Positions 42,757 through 54,874 of a stretch of 64,000 nucleotides of DNA are shown here, in pieces. Where the stretch lies: assembly GCA_965205265.1 (NCBI GenBank), contig CBDBGH010000003.1:4448001-4512000 (forward strand). The letters are read 5' to 3'. The translations under genes and the position numbers were made by a program. The stretch comes from Alphaproteobacteria bacterium. GTDB lineage: Bacteria > Pseudomonadota > Alphaproteobacteria > Bin95. A model generated the notes under the pieces. It did not search any database, was not told where the DNA came from, and was given only the letters and a program-made list of their open reading frames with translations. How positions within the stretch are numbered: position 1 is the first letter of the stretch; each line of letters opens with the position of its first letter.

Positions 42757-43644
42757 ATGATCAAACGCGTTCTCTTCCGGAACCGGCTTCTGCCTTATCT
42801 CCTGATATTGCCGGAAGTCCTGATCGTCTTCGTGTTCTTCTACTGGCCGTCGGCGAAGGCGCTGTTCTGGTCCTTAACCCTCGAGCCGCCGTTCGGCGGA
42901 CCGGCCAAGTGGGTCGGCCTCGATAATTTCCGCCAGCTCTTCGGCTCGTCCGAATATTACGAGTCGGCGGGCATCACCCTCATCTTCGCCTTCTGGACGA
43001 CGGCGATCTCCATGGGGCTCGCGCTCCTGCTGGCGATCTTCGTGGACCGGGTGATCCGGGGACTGGTCGTTTACCGCACGGTGCTGATGTGGCCCTATGC
43101 GGTAGCGGCGCCCGCGGCCGCCGTCGCGTTCCAGTTCATCTTCCAGCCGGGCGTGGGCTTCTTTGCCTTCCTGAACGACATCTGGCCGGGAATATGGGAC
43201 CCGAATATCGTCGGGGCGGACGCGATGTTGATGGTCATCATCGCCGCGTCGTGGAAGAGCATTACCTACAATTTCATCTTTTTCCTGGCGGGCCTGCAGG
43301 CGATTCCCCGCACCTTTGTCGAGGCGGCGGCGCTCGACGGCGCAGGCCCGATACGGCGCTTTATCACCATCGTCTTCCCGCTTTTGAGCCCGACCTTCTT
43401 CTTCCTGCTCGTCATCAATGTCACCGATTCCTTCACCGAGGGCTTCGGCATCATCAACGTGATGACCCAGGGCGGGCCGGGCGGCGCCACCAACATCCTG
43501 GTCTACAAGATCTACCAGGACGGCTTCATCGGCCTTGATCTCAGCGGCTCGTCGGCCCAGTCCGCCGTGCTGATGGCTCTCGTCATCGCGCTGACGTTCG
43601 TCCAGTTCAAGTGGATCGAGCGTCGGATTCACTATGCGGAGTGA
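42757..43644 (+). CDS. UgpA-like permease (second copy)
   Basis: WPYAVAAP, WKSITYNFIFFLAGLQ, EAAALDGA. Confidence 0.88.
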   Translation: MIKRVLFRNRLLPYLLILPEVLIVFVFFYWPSAKALFWSLTLEPPFGGPAKWVGLDNFRQLFGSSEYYESAGITLIFAFWTTAISMGLALLLAIFVDRVIRGLVVYRTVLMWPYAVAAPAAAVAFQFIFQPGVGFFAFLNDIWPGIWDPNIVGADAMLMVIIAASWKSITYNFIFFLAGLQAIPRTFVEAAALDGAGPIRRFITIVFPLLSPTFFFLLVINVTDSFTEGFGIINVMTQGGPGGATNILVYKIYQDGFIGLDLSGSSAQSAVLMALVIALTFVQFKWIERRIHYAE

Positions 43645-43650
43645 GCGGGC

Positions 43651-44565
43651 ATGATCGAGCGCACACCCGTATTGAACGCCGTGACCCACACGATCCTCGG
43701 GGTCGGCCTGCTCGTGATGTGCTTCCCGCTCGTGATTGCCTTCGTCGCGGCGACGCTGCCCTACGAGGCGGTGATCGACGTGCCGATGACACTGATTCCG
43801 GGGGGCGAGTTGCTGGAAAACGCGGTCAAGGCGTGGGAGCGCGGCGACTTCGCGACCCAGGGGGTCAACAGCGTGGTCATGACGCTTGGCATCCTGTTCG
43901 GCAAGATCGCCTGCGCTTCGCTCACCGCCTTCGCTATCTGCTACTTCAACTTCCGCTTCCGCATGCTGGCCTTCTGGCTGATTTTCATCACGCTGATGCT
44001 GCCGCTGGAAGTGCGCATCGTGCCGACCTACGAGGTGGCGGCGAATGCGCTGCTGCCGCTGCAGCAGCTGTTGGACGTGCTGTGGCTGACCGATTTCGTC
44101 GCCTGGCTCTCCGGGGTCGAGGTCGCGCTGGAGTGGAACCTGCTCGACACCTATTGGGGGCTGACCCTGCCGCTCTTCGCCAGCGCCACGGCCACCTTCT
44201 TGTTCCGGCAGTTTTTCCTCACGATTCCGGAGGAACTGGCGGAAGCGGCGAAGATGGATGGGGCCGGACCGCTGCGCTTCTTCTTCCAGATCCTGCTGCC
44301 GCTTTCCAAGACCAATATCGCCGCGCTCTCCGTAATCATGTTCGTCTTCGGTTGGAACCAGTATCTCTGGCCCCTGCTGATAACGACGGACCCGGACATG
44401 CGCACCCTGGTGATGGGACTGGAGAATCTCATCCCGTCGGAGGACGAGCTGCCGGAATGGAACGTGGCCATGGCGGGCACCCTGATGGTGATGCTGCCGC
44501 CCATTGTCGTCGTGCTGGTGTTGCAGCGCTGGTTCGTCAAGGGGCTGCTCGGCGGCGAGAAATAG
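43651..44565 (+). CDS. UgpE-like permease (second copy)
   Basis: FITLMLPLEVRIVPT, ASATATFLFRQFF; ~25-aa insertion relative to the first copy. Confidence 0.88.
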   Translation: MIERTPVLNAVTHTILGVGLLVMCFPLVIAFVAATLPYEAVIDVPMTLIPGGELLENAVKAWERGDFATQGVNSVVMTLGILFGKIACASLTAFAICYFNFRFRMLAFWLIFITLMLPLEVRIVPTYEVAANALLPLQQLLDVLWLTDFVAWLSGVEVALEWNLLDTYWGLTLPLFASATATFLFRQFFLTIPEELAEAAKMDGAGPLRFFFQILLPLSKTNIAALSVIMFVFGWNQYLWPLLITTDPDMRTLVMGLENLIPSEDELPEWNVAMAGTLMVMLPPIVVVLVLQRWFVKGLLGGEK

Positions 44566-44580
44566 GGGCGAGGTGGGCGG

Positions 44581-45672
44581 ATGGCGAATGTCAGCTTGCG
44601 GCAGGTGAGAAAATCCTTCGGCACAACGGAGGTCATCCACGGCATCGACATCGAAATCGGCGACGGCGAGTTCGCCGTCATCGTCGGCCCGAGCGGTTGC
44701 GGTAAGTCCACCCTGCTCCGGATGATCGCCGGTCTCGAAGCCGTAACCGCGGGCGAGGTCGCCATCGGGGACCGGGTGGTGAACGACCTGGAGCCCAAGG
44801 AGCGCGATGTCGCCATGGTGTTCCAGAATTACGGGCTCTATCCGCACATGACGGCATTTCAGAACATCAGCTATGCGCTCCGGATCGCGCGCCGGCCGAA
44901 GGCCGAGATCCGCGAACGGGTCGAGCGTGTCGCGCGCATTCTGGGCATCGAAGAACTCCTGGCGCGCAAGCCGAGCCAACTGAGCGGCGGCCAGCGCCAG
45001 CGCGTCGCCATGGGCCGCGCCATCATCCGCGAGCCCGATGTCTTCCTGTTCGACGAGCCCCTGTCCAACCTCGACGCCAAGCTCCGCAGCCAGATGCGGG
45101 TTGAGATCAAGCGCCTCCACGACGAGTTGAAGGCCACCAGTATCTTCGTCACGCACGACCAGGTGGAGGCGATGACCATGGCCGACCGGCTGGTGGTCAT
45201 GAATCAGGGAGTGGTCGAGCAGACCGGCACGCCGCGCCAGATCTACCGCCGTCCGGGTTCGACCTATGTAGCAGGCTTCATCGGCGCGCCGGCGATGAAC
45301 CTTCTGCCTGCGGCTCTTTCCGACGATGGCGCCGCCGTCGAAGGCGGGGGGATGGGGCGCATCGCCTTGCCGAACGGCGCGGGACCGGACGGATCGGGAC
45401 GCCGGGTGGTGCTGGGCATCCGGCCGGAACATCTGGCGGTGGTTGCCGACGGCAACGAGGGCCTGCTGTCGGCCCGCCTGCTGTACGCCGAGGACCTGGG
45501 CGCATCGCGTCTGCTGCACTGCGCCGTCGGCGACGACGAACTGATTGTCCACACGCAGGACGAGAGCGGGAACCGTCCGGGCGAGATGTTGCGCCTGGCG
45601 GCGGACCCGGCGAACCTGCACCTCTTCGATGCCGAGAGCGGCCGGCGCCTCGAGGCGACGAGCCGTGGTTAG
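44581..45672 (+). CDS. UgpC-like ABC ATPase (second copy)
   Basis: [32 protein letters not shown]. Confidence 0.9.
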   Translation: MANVSLRQVRKSFGTTEVIHGIDIEIGDGEFAVIVGPSGCGKSTLLRMIAGLEAVTAGEVAIGDRVVNDLEPKERDVAMVFQNYGLYPHMTAFQNISYALRIARRPKAEIRERVERVARILGIEELLARKPSQLSGGQRQRVAMGRAIIREPDVFLFDEPLSNLDAKLRSQMRVEIKRLHDELKATSIFVTHDQVEAMTMADRLVVMNQGVVEQTGTPRQIYRRPGSTYVAGFIGAPAMNLLPAALSDDGAAVEGGGMGRIALPNGAGPDGSGRRVVLGIRPEHLAVVADGNEGLLSARLLYAEDLGASRLLHCAVGDDELIVHTQDESGNRPGEMLRLAADPANLHLFDAESGRRLEATSRG

Positions 45673-46570
45673 GCTGTTGGCGGCGATTTTCCTCTGGGCC
45701 GGTGCAATGACCGCCGCCGCGAGCGAGCCGGCGACGGTCCTCGGAACCGCGCCGAAGATCGAGCCGGGCGAACTCAGCCGGGTGCCGAACGAGCAGGCCA
45801 TCGCCAGCCGCATCTGGATGCCGGCGCTCGACGCCGGCTTCGTGCCGCAGGGGCTGACCGTGGCGGGAGACCGGGTCCTGGTTGCCGCCTACAGGAGCAC
45901 TTCGCACCGGGTTTCCAGGGGAGAGAGCCGCGTGTTCGCCGTCGATATGAAGAGCGGCGAACTGGTCGGCGCGTTTCGCCTCCCCGACGATGTCGGCCAT
46001 CCGGGCGGTCTCGCCAACGACCGCCGGGGCACGCTCTTCGTTGCCGACCGGGGCAAGCTCTACCGCATCGACCTGGCGCAGGCGCTTGCCGACGGCGATA
46101 CCGGGGCGGCGATACTGGGACGGGCGGACATCGACCGCGAGATCGGCCCTTCCTTCCTTGCCTGGCACGCCGGCCATCTCTGGTTCGGCCCGTATGAGAA
46201 ATATGGCGAGCCGCGTCTTTATCGCTACCCGGTCACCGAGATATTCCCGGAAGACGGCGGCGTTTACCTGACCGCCGCCGACGATGTGCACAGCATCCCC
46301 ATCGATGTCCGCACCCAGGGCGCCGCATTCGACGACGAGGGCCGTCTGTGGCTCTCGCAGAGCGGGGGCGACGGAGGCGTGGTGCAGCGCCTCGACGCCG
46401 AAACCGGCGAGCTGCTCGACCTCTTCGCGGTGATGGCCGGGATTGAAGACCTGTCGTTCGACGAGGCGGGGACGCTCTGGAGCGTCTCCGAGGCGGGCAG
46501 TCTCAGATGGCGCCGCTGGGAAACCTACTTCCCGTTGATCTTCTCTCTCGATGTCGCGCGGTTGAGATAG
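45665..46570 (+). CDS. secreted beta-propeller-like hypothetical protein
   Basis: Signal peptide after GTG 45665; repeated blade-like motifs FVPQGL, HPGGLA, TQGAAFD, IEDLSFD. Confidence 0.65.
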   Translation: MVRLLAAIFLWAGAMTAAASEPATVLGTAPKIEPGELSRVPNEQAIASRIWMPALDAGFVPQGLTVAGDRVLVAAYRSTSHRVSRGESRVFAVDMKSGELVGAFRLPDDVGHPGGLANDRRGTLFVADRGKLYRIDLAQALADGDTGAAILGRADIDREIGPSFLAWHAGHLWFGPYEKYGEPRLYRYPVTEIFPEDGGVYLTAADDVHSIPIDVRTQGAAFDDEGRLWLSQSGGDGGVVQRLDAETGELLDLFAVMAGIEDLSFDEAGTLWSVSEAGSLRWRRWETYFPLIFSLDVARLR

Positions 46571-46599
46571 AGAGGCCTGCGAGACGGTATTGACATCCA

Positions 46600-47838
46600 C
46601 TACGGCGCCGGCGCCGCACGGGCCAGACGCCGGCGCAACAGCATGAAGACGAGATAGCCGAGCAACGCCATCGATCCCATCGAGAGGAACGCGAGCCCCC
46701 AGGCGGTCGTTCCCCCGAGCGGCGCGGCGTGATCGAGAACCGCGCCCACCAGCGGCGGCGCGAACAGCGAACCGCTGAATCCCAGTGTCGAATGCACGGC
46801 AAGCGTCGCGCCACGATGGCCTACTGGGGAGGTGTTGACGGCTCCGGCGGTGAGCGCCGCCGAGTCGGCCTGGATTGCGGCGGAATAGACGAGGCACAGA
46901 ATTGCCACGACAGCAAAGGGCAGCCCCGACGAGAACCCGACAACGGTGCTGAGCGCGAACGTCGTCAGCATCACACAAGTGATCAGGCGCACGCGCCCGA
47001 TCCGCAGCGCCAGCTCCGCACCGCCAATGCTCGAAGCCACCGCAACGAGAGAGGTCACGGCCGCCAGAAGTGTAGCGCTCAACGTGAATTCGCTGCTGCT
47101 GCCAAGGCAGAACACGAGGAACGGCACGACCCACGAGCGCATGGCGAACAGTTCTGCCCCGTGACCCGCATAACCGACGACGAAGCTCATCGTCTTGCGC
47201 GAGCGCAGTACCGGACGGAAATCCAGCAGGTGGCTGCGGACCTGCTTGGCCGCTTCCGGCTTCTGCGGCACGACCAGAGCCGCGACGGCAATGACGGCGA
47301 GCACCGACCCGGCTGCCGTTAGAAGGAACGCGCCGCGCCAGCCGAACCACTCCAGAGCGATGCCTGCGAGAGCATAGGAGACCGCTGTACCGCCGCTGAA
47401 ACAGGCCGTGTAGAACGCGACGGCACGTGCGCGCGGTGCTTTCGTCGACATGCGGTCGGTGAGCACCTTCAGGCCGGGCATGTAGCATCCGGCCATGCCG
47501 GTTCCGGCGATCACGCGCCAAGGCAGGGCGGACCAGAAGCCCGTTGCCAGGAACGCCAGTCCCACCAGTGCCGCTGCGGAGAGCGCCGCGCCAAGGATGA
47601 AGACATAACGGGCGTCGATCCGGTCTGTGATCGCGGTAAGGAAAGGGACTGCGAGCACATAGCCGCCGAAGAACGCGCCCGAGAGCCAACCGGCTGTGAC
47701 ATTGTTCATCTGCCATTCCGGCTGAAGCACCGGCTGCAGAGACCAGTAGGCCGAAAAGCCGGCCATCGCGAACATCAGGGCCATGCACATCACGCTGACC
47801 AGCATTGCCGGCCGTCGTGCTATGGCCTGCGCAATCAC
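46600..47838 (-). CDS. MFS transporter
   Basis: About 12 hydrophobic segments, TDRIDAR loop motif, YMPGLKVLTD; start uncertain (47805 or 47838). Confidence 0.85.
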   Translation of the reverse strand: MIAQAIARRPAMLVSVMCMALMFAMAGFSAYWSLQPVLQPEWQMNNVTAGWLSGAFFGGYVLAVPFLTAITDRIDARYVFILGAALSAAALVGLAFLATGFWSALPWRVIAGTGMAGCYMPGLKVLTDRMSTKAPRARAVAFYTACFSGGTAVSYALAGIALEWFGWRGAFLLTAAGSVLAVIAVAALVVPQKPEAAKQVRSHLLDFRPVLRSRKTMSFVVGYAGHGAELFAMRSWVVPFLVFCLGSSSEFTLSATLLAAVTSLVAVASSIGGAELALRIGRVRLITCVMLTTFALSTVVGFSSGLPFAVVAILCLVYSAAIQADSAALTAGAVNTSPVGHRGATLAVHSTLGFSGSLFAPPLVGAVLDHAAPLGGTTAWGLAFLSMGSMALLGYLVFMLLRRRLARAAPAP

Positions 47839-48317
47839 GGTGCCCGGTCCGTTACCCACGGCAGGCTGACAAGCTGTGGCAATAAGCGCTTCGCCGTCCC
47901 GGATGCCTGTTCGGGAGGCGCTGCCGGTGGAGGCTCTCTTCCCGCGCATCTGCGAAGACGCTCGATGAGGGACGCCGGGGAGAGGAGGACACAATGAACT
48001 TTATCCATCTCACTGGCACCCATAAGTCAAGGGCGGGCTTATTCGGACACACGCAATCGTGCCGAGGATGCAAGCGACATGGCCCGATGGCGTTCCGCCA
48101 GCCGCGCTTCGCGCTTGGAGTTATGGGGTGCGCCGTGTGCCCTGTACCTCCACGGTCCCATCCGGGGGCCGGATGGGACCGGTTTCGGCACGGCTGAGAC
48201 CGCGGGCGGCAAGCATGACGGCCGGATTCGGGTGCGTAATTTCCCATAACCGCAGTTCTGCGAGAATGTCCGGGCCGGGAGCGAGCGCTTGGCTGTCGCT
48301 TGTGCCGGGCCGCGCCG

Positions 48318-49100
48318 TCATTGGCCGGCCCTCCGGAGCATCTGGTCCCCGAAATTTCTCAACCGCAGGAACGGCAGTTCCCTGATCAGCCTGGAAGGAG
48401 GATACCTCAACCGGTCCGCCAGATCGTTGCCGATCAGTTCGCGGGACACCTGGTACATATAGGCGGCCATAGACCGGCGCGCCCCGGCCTCCGTTATTCC
48501 CAGAACGATCGGCGCGCTGTTGACGATACTGTTGGCCATGATCATCGAGTCTTCGTCGGGGGGAGGTTCGCACAAGGCCCCGATCTCGAATGTGCGGGTC
48601 GACGAGGCGAAATCCCGGAACATGATCTCCTCGGGCACGCCCATGAGCGACCCCGCATATCTCCAGACATGCACATAGCCCTCCCGCTCTTCCGCGCTGA
48701 AATCGCCTCCGAGGTTCCCTACATGCTGCATAAGCCGCCCGGAAAAGGCCGCTGCGCCCAGCAGCATGTGCGCCGTGCTGAGCGGCAGTCCGTACTCCGA
48801 CTCGTCCCACTCCTCCGTCTGCCTTATCAGCCGTCTCGCCTGGGCGTGGATCAGGCGGATCCTGATGCTCAGCCTCCAGCCGTCGCCGCCCGGAAGGATG
48901 CCGCCGGGCATGTATTGGTCCAGGAGTTGCGCCAGGTTCTGTTTCAGCCGGCGAACGCCATTCTCGACGATCCTGCTCCTGATGCGGAACGACTTGCTGA
49001 TCAGGGTCGAGAAGCCCTCGATGATCGCGCCTCCGACAAGCGCCCCGAGCACCATGTCGGAGTTACGCAGAAAGCCCCTGGTCGCCCGCGACCGAACCAT
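48318..49100 (-). pseudogene. oxygenase MpaB/DUF2236 family protein, apparently N-terminally truncated
   Basis: RRL..N, PGG..PGGDGW...IRIRLIHAQAR, W....YGLPLS, HVWRY.G.LMGVP; only ~90 nt separates it from the upstream stop, leaving no room for the usual N-terminal region. Confidence 0.55.
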
Positions 49101-49187
49101 CGGCCGGTCGAAGCTGGTTCCGCTGGCCCTGCCTCCGGAGTGACATTCTTGCGAGGCGGAGCGGGCGACGAGGGTCGCGCTCCTCCA

Positions 49188-50354
49188 TTATCCGGGCGGG
49201 CATTCCTCCCTGGCGCCCTTCCAAATCAGCAGGCGGCCCTGGCCGTCGAGGAAGCAATTGCCGGACCAGCTCCCCGGAGTGCGCGCGCCACCCGCGGTGA
49301 CATAGACCCCCGGCTGCCCGTCCACCGAGCCGTCGCGATACTCGTATTCGAGGCTGTTGCCGCTGGCGTAGCGATCCACCCACCGGCCTTGCTTCATGCC
49401 GTTCACATAGGAGCCTTCATCGACCCTGCCGCTGGCATAGCGGTCCACCCATCGGCCGTGCTTCCTGCCGTCCAGGTAAGGGCCCCGGTCGATTCTGCCG
49501 TCGGCGTAGCGGACGATCCACAGGCCCTGCATCCTGCCGCTGTCAAGTGCGCCGATGAGTTCGGCCGATCCCCCGGCCCACGTTGCCGCCAGCACGCCCT
49601 GTCCATCGGCGACGCCGGCCCGGCATTCGCCCGACCAGGCCCAGCTTATCCGCTGATCGTAGTAGTCGTACCAGAAGCGACAGCCCGGCGGGGCCGCGAG
49701 TTCCCGCCAGCATGCGGCGCCCGGGCTCATGCCTACACATGTCGGCACGAGGTCGGCGGCCGGGTCCCGGGGCGCGGGCTGGACGAGCCGCGAGGCGTGA
49801 ACGAAGGCCGCGCCGCCGTCCGGCGCCTCGATCCTGAGCCACGCCCCGGCCTCGCCCGTCACCCGCACCTCCCGGCCGGCCTCCAGCGCACCGGCCCTGG
49901 CGTGGCCGGTTCCGGGTCCGCTGCGGATGGCAGCCTGCGCCCGCGCCTGCATTACCCGGTCGGCCGGCGTGACGGCGGGCTCGCTGCTTTCGTCCGCAGC
50001 CTCTGCCGCCACCGTGCAGCCGAAGCGGGCGAAGCCTTCGATGCGCACCGGGCCCCTGCCGTCGCAATTGCCGGCCTGGCGCTGGAAATGCGCGGCGCAG
50101 CTCTCCGCCTGCCATTCGAAGACCGGCAGGCAGCGGGCGTATTTCCGGTTGTCGCCGTCGCTCTCGAAGCTCGTGTTCAGCCGGCAAAGTGCGATCCTGC
50201 CCTCGACGCCCTTCCGGCAGATCTCGCGGCTCTGCGACACTTCCGCATAGGAGGCCCCGCCGATATCCCCGAGTTTCGGCTTCAACTCCTTTCCGCCCGC
50301 CGCGGCGAGCGGGGCCAGAAGGAGCGCAAGGCAGGCCGTCCCGAACCGCAGCAT
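49188..50354 (-). CDS. secreted protein with SH3-like domain and MORN-like repeats
   Basis: Signal peptide, Cys-rich N-domain, IRSGPGT...WLRI...AFVHAS (SH3b), WSGEC..G.ADGQG, 23-aa G.W..RYA.G....G.Y..G repeats. Confidence 0.75.
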   Translation of the reverse strand: MLRFGTACLALLLAPLAAAGGKELKPKLGDIGGASYAEVSQSREICRKGVEGRIALCRLNTSFESDGDNRKYARCLPVFEWQAESCAAHFQRQAGNCDGRGPVRIEGFARFGCTVAAEAADESSEPAVTPADRVMQARAQAAIRSGPGTGHARAGALEAGREVRVTGEAGAWLRIEAPDGGAAFVHASRLVQPAPRDPAADLVPTCVGMSPGAACWRELAAPPGCRFWYDYYDQRISWAWSGECRAGVADGQGVLAATWAGGSAELIGALDSGRMQGLWIVRYADGRIDRGPYLDGRKHGRWVDRYASGRVDEGSYVNGMKQGRWVDRYASGNSLEYEYRDGSVDGQPGVYVTAGGARTPGSWSGNCFLDGQGRLLIWKGAREECPPG

Positions 50355-50491
50355 CGGTCAACCTCCATCGGCGGAACCGCCCACGCAGGGCCGGATGCAA
50401 CCTAGCGGTATCGGTTTACCCGATACAAGGCGCCGGCGCGCAATGCGGACGTGTCATGACAGCGAGGAGAAAACCGGGCTAGGTTCGTGCC

Positions 50492-51883
50492 ATGCGATAC
50501 GACCCGAAAACCTTCCGGGGCCTGACCTTCCACGACGCGCTCCCGGCCTTTCGCGAGGGCAGCGATACGCCGCGCGCCTGGCTGGAGCGCTGCCTCGAGG
50601 TGATCGAGGCGCGCGAGCCGGTCCTTCAGGCGCTGGTTGCGACGGACATCGAGGGCGCGCGCGAGGCGGCGGATGCAAGCGCGGAACGCTGGCGCGCGGG
50701 CCGGCCGCTCTCGCCCGTGGACGGCATGCCGGTCGGCATCAAGGACCTGCTGGAAACGCGCACCATGCCGACGGAGATGGGCTGCCGGGCGTATCGGGGC
50801 AATTTCCCGAAACGCGACAATGCGGCGGTTTGGGCGCTTAGGCAGGCGGGCGCGCAGATCCTCGCCAAGACCGTGACTGCGGAGCTCGGCGGCGCGCATC
50901 CGGGACCGACCACCAACCCCTTCGACCCGGCGCGGACGCCGGGCGGCTCGTCGTCCGGCTCGGCGGCTGCCGTGGCGGCGGGGATGCTGCCGGCCGCCAT
51001 CGGCAGCCAGGTGGGCGGCTCCATCGTTCGACCGGCCGGCTATTGCGGCAATATCGCGCTCAAGCCCAGCAAGGGGGCGATCAACCGCGGCGAGCGCCAG
51101 GCGAGCAGCCAGAGCGTCAACGGCGTCCACGCCAACTCCATAGAAGACATGTGGCGAGTGGCGGCCGAGATTGCGAGGCGCGTGGGCGGCGATCCCGGCC
51201 ATCGGGGCCTCTGCGGTCCGGCGCACCCGCCGCCCGGCGAGAAGCCCGGCCGCCTTCTCGCCCTGGAGGGTGCGGGCTGGTCGATGCTCGACGATGCGAG
51301 CAAGGAGGCTTTCCACAGCCTGCTGGAATCGGTGGAAGCTGCGGGCGTGTCGGTGCTGCGCCCGGCGGACGATCCGGCGCTGGCGGCGCTCGATGCCGAG
51401 CTCATGCAGGCGTCTCCGATCTGCTATGCGATCATCGGCTGGGAGAGCCGCTGGCTGTACCGTTCGCTGGCGGACCAGGGGCCGGACGCAATCAGCTTCC
51501 GCGCCCGCCGGTCGCTCGAGGCCGCCGAGGCGATGAGCGTGGCGGACTACCGTGCCGCGCTCGCGGGACGCGAAGCGGCGCAGGCGGCATGGGCGCGCGC
51601 GCTGGAGGTCGTGGACGGCGCGCTGATGCTGAGCTGCCCCGGTCCCGCGCACCCCTGGGCGGGCGACAGGCCGGGCGAGCCGCCCATGGCAAGGCCGACG
51701 GGCGACGCGGTGTTCAACACGCCCGCCTCGATCCTGTTCGCCCCGGCGGTCTCCATGCCGCTCATGGCCGTGGGCGGCCTGCCGGTCGGTGCGCAGGTCA
51801 TGGGCGGGCAGGGGGCGGATGCGCGCGTGACCGGCTTCGCCCGCTGGCTGCTGGATGCGGTCGAGCCGGTCGTCATCGGCTAG
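50492..51883 (+). CDS. amidase signature family protein
   Basis: G.PVGIKDL, T.NPFD..RTPGGSSSGSAAAV, GSQVGGSIVRPA. Confidence 0.9.
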   Translation: MRYDPKTFRGLTFHDALPAFREGSDTPRAWLERCLEVIEAREPVLQALVATDIEGAREAADASAERWRAGRPLSPVDGMPVGIKDLLETRTMPTEMGCRAYRGNFPKRDNAAVWALRQAGAQILAKTVTAELGGAHPGPTTNPFDPARTPGGSSSGSAAAVAAGMLPAAIGSQVGGSIVRPAGYCGNIALKPSKGAINRGERQASSQSVNGVHANSIEDMWRVAAEIARRVGGDPGHRGLCGPAHPPPGEKPGRLLALEGAGWSMLDDASKEAFHSLLESVEAAGVSVLRPADDPALAALDAELMQASPICYAIIGWESRWLYRSLADQGPDAISFRARRSLEAAEAMSVADYRAALAGREAAQAAWARALEVVDGALMLSCPGPAHPWAGDRPGEPPMARPTGDAVFNTPASILFAPAVSMPLMAVGGLPVGAQVMGGQGADARVTGFARWLLDAVEPVVIG

Positions 51884-51913
51884 AATGGGGGAGCGACGGA
51901 GGGAGGAAGCGCC

Positions 51914-52861
51914 ATGATCCCGTTGATCGACCTGTCCCGGAGCCGCGAGGAAGTGGCCGGCGCGCTTGCGGCCACGCTGGAGCATGTGGGCTTCTTCATT
52001 GTCGTGAACCACGGCGTGCCGCAGGAGAAGATCGCCGCCATGTTCGCCGAGGCCGAACGCTTCCACGCCCAGCCGGAAGCCGCCAAGCATGCCGTGCTGA
52101 TGAACGAGCACAATAACGGCTACATGGCGATGGCCCGCTACAATGTGCGCACCTCGCGCGTCAGCGAGGCGGAAGCCAAGCCCGACATGAACGAGGCCTT
52201 CTTCATCAAGCGCGAGCGCGGGGCCGACGACCCGCTGGCCGGGCGGCGCTTCGCCGGGCCCAACCGCTGGCCGGAAAACCTGCCGGGCTTCCGCGAGACG
52301 GTGCTCGACTATTGCGAGACGGTGGACCGGCTGGCGCTCTCTGTCCTGCCGGCGCTCTCGCTCTCGCTCGGCCTGCCGGAGGACTGGTTCGGCCCGCATT
52401 TCACCCGCAGCCAGTTCTCCTTCCGGCTCTCGCACTACCCGCCTGCCGAGCGGGAACCGGGCCGCTACGGCATCGCGCCCCACACCGACACCAACTTCCT
52501 CACCTTCCTCGCCCAGTCCGACGTGCCGGGGCTGCAGATCCGCTCCGAAGGCGGGGACTGGGAGGATGTGCCCTTCGTCGAGGACAGCTTCGTCGTAAAC
52601 ACCGGGGATATGCTGCATCGCTGGACCAACGGGCGCTACAAGTCCACCCCGCACCGCGCGCAGCCGCCCCAGGACCGGCACCGCTACGCCATCCCCTATT
52701 TCTTCGGCCCCAATCTCGACGCCGAAATCCGCTGCGCGCCCACCTGCACCGGCTCGGACAACCCGCCCCGCTGGCCGCCCGTCATCTACGAGGACCACCT
52801 CGCCTGGTGGTACGACGCCAACTACAACGCGGACGACCAGAAGGACCTGGCGGCGGAGTGA
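51914..52861 (+). CDS. 2-oxoglutarate/Fe(II) oxygenase (isopenicillin N synthase family)
   Basis: IPLIDL, GFF.VVNHGV, N.WP, HTD...LT.L.Q, N.GDML.RWTNG..KST.HR. Confidence 0.9.
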   Translation: MIPLIDLSRSREEVAGALAATLEHVGFFIVVNHGVPQEKIAAMFAEAERFHAQPEAAKHAVLMNEHNNGYMAMARYNVRTSRVSEAEAKPDMNEAFFIKRERGADDPLAGRRFAGPNRWPENLPGFRETVLDYCETVDRLALSVLPALSLSLGLPEDWFGPHFTRSQFSFRLSHYPPAEREPGRYGIAPHTDTNFLTFLAQSDVPGLQIRSEGGDWEDVPFVEDSFVVNTGDMLHRWTNGRYKSTPHRAQPPQDRHRYAIPYFFGPNLDAEIRCAPTCTGSDNPPRWPPVIYEDHLAWWYDANYNADDQKDLAAE

Positions 52862-52938
52862 GGTCCGGCGGCTCGGGCGGGGAAACTCCCGGGTTCCGCT
52901 CCGGTCCGGCCGGGGAGGAACCGGAACTCGCGGACGGC

Positions 52939-54558
<1,620 letters not shown>

Positions 54559-54641
54559 CCCGCCTCGCTTGACCGGTTCGCCCCGGGGAACGGCCGTCGC
54601 CATGCGCGCCGCGGGCGGTGTCCTCGCACGAAATGAAAATC

Positions 54642-54718
<77 letters not shown>

Positions 54719-54874
54719 TGTTAATGAGAGGGTGAATTTAGCCCCGGCCCAGCGTCCGCGCAAGCATTGCCGCGAACCGTTCCCCGCCTTTGGAAAACTC
54801 ATTGGCAGAAGCCGCAATAACGCGCTACTGTCTAGCGATGGGCGGAAAACCGGTGACGTTTCAGGCGGAACATT

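Noticed and set aside
47839-48317. Possible IS ends (CCCATAA / TTATGGG motifs) in the gap between the MFS and oxygenase genes
   Set aside because: Matches are too short and no transposase remnant or target duplication could be recognised.
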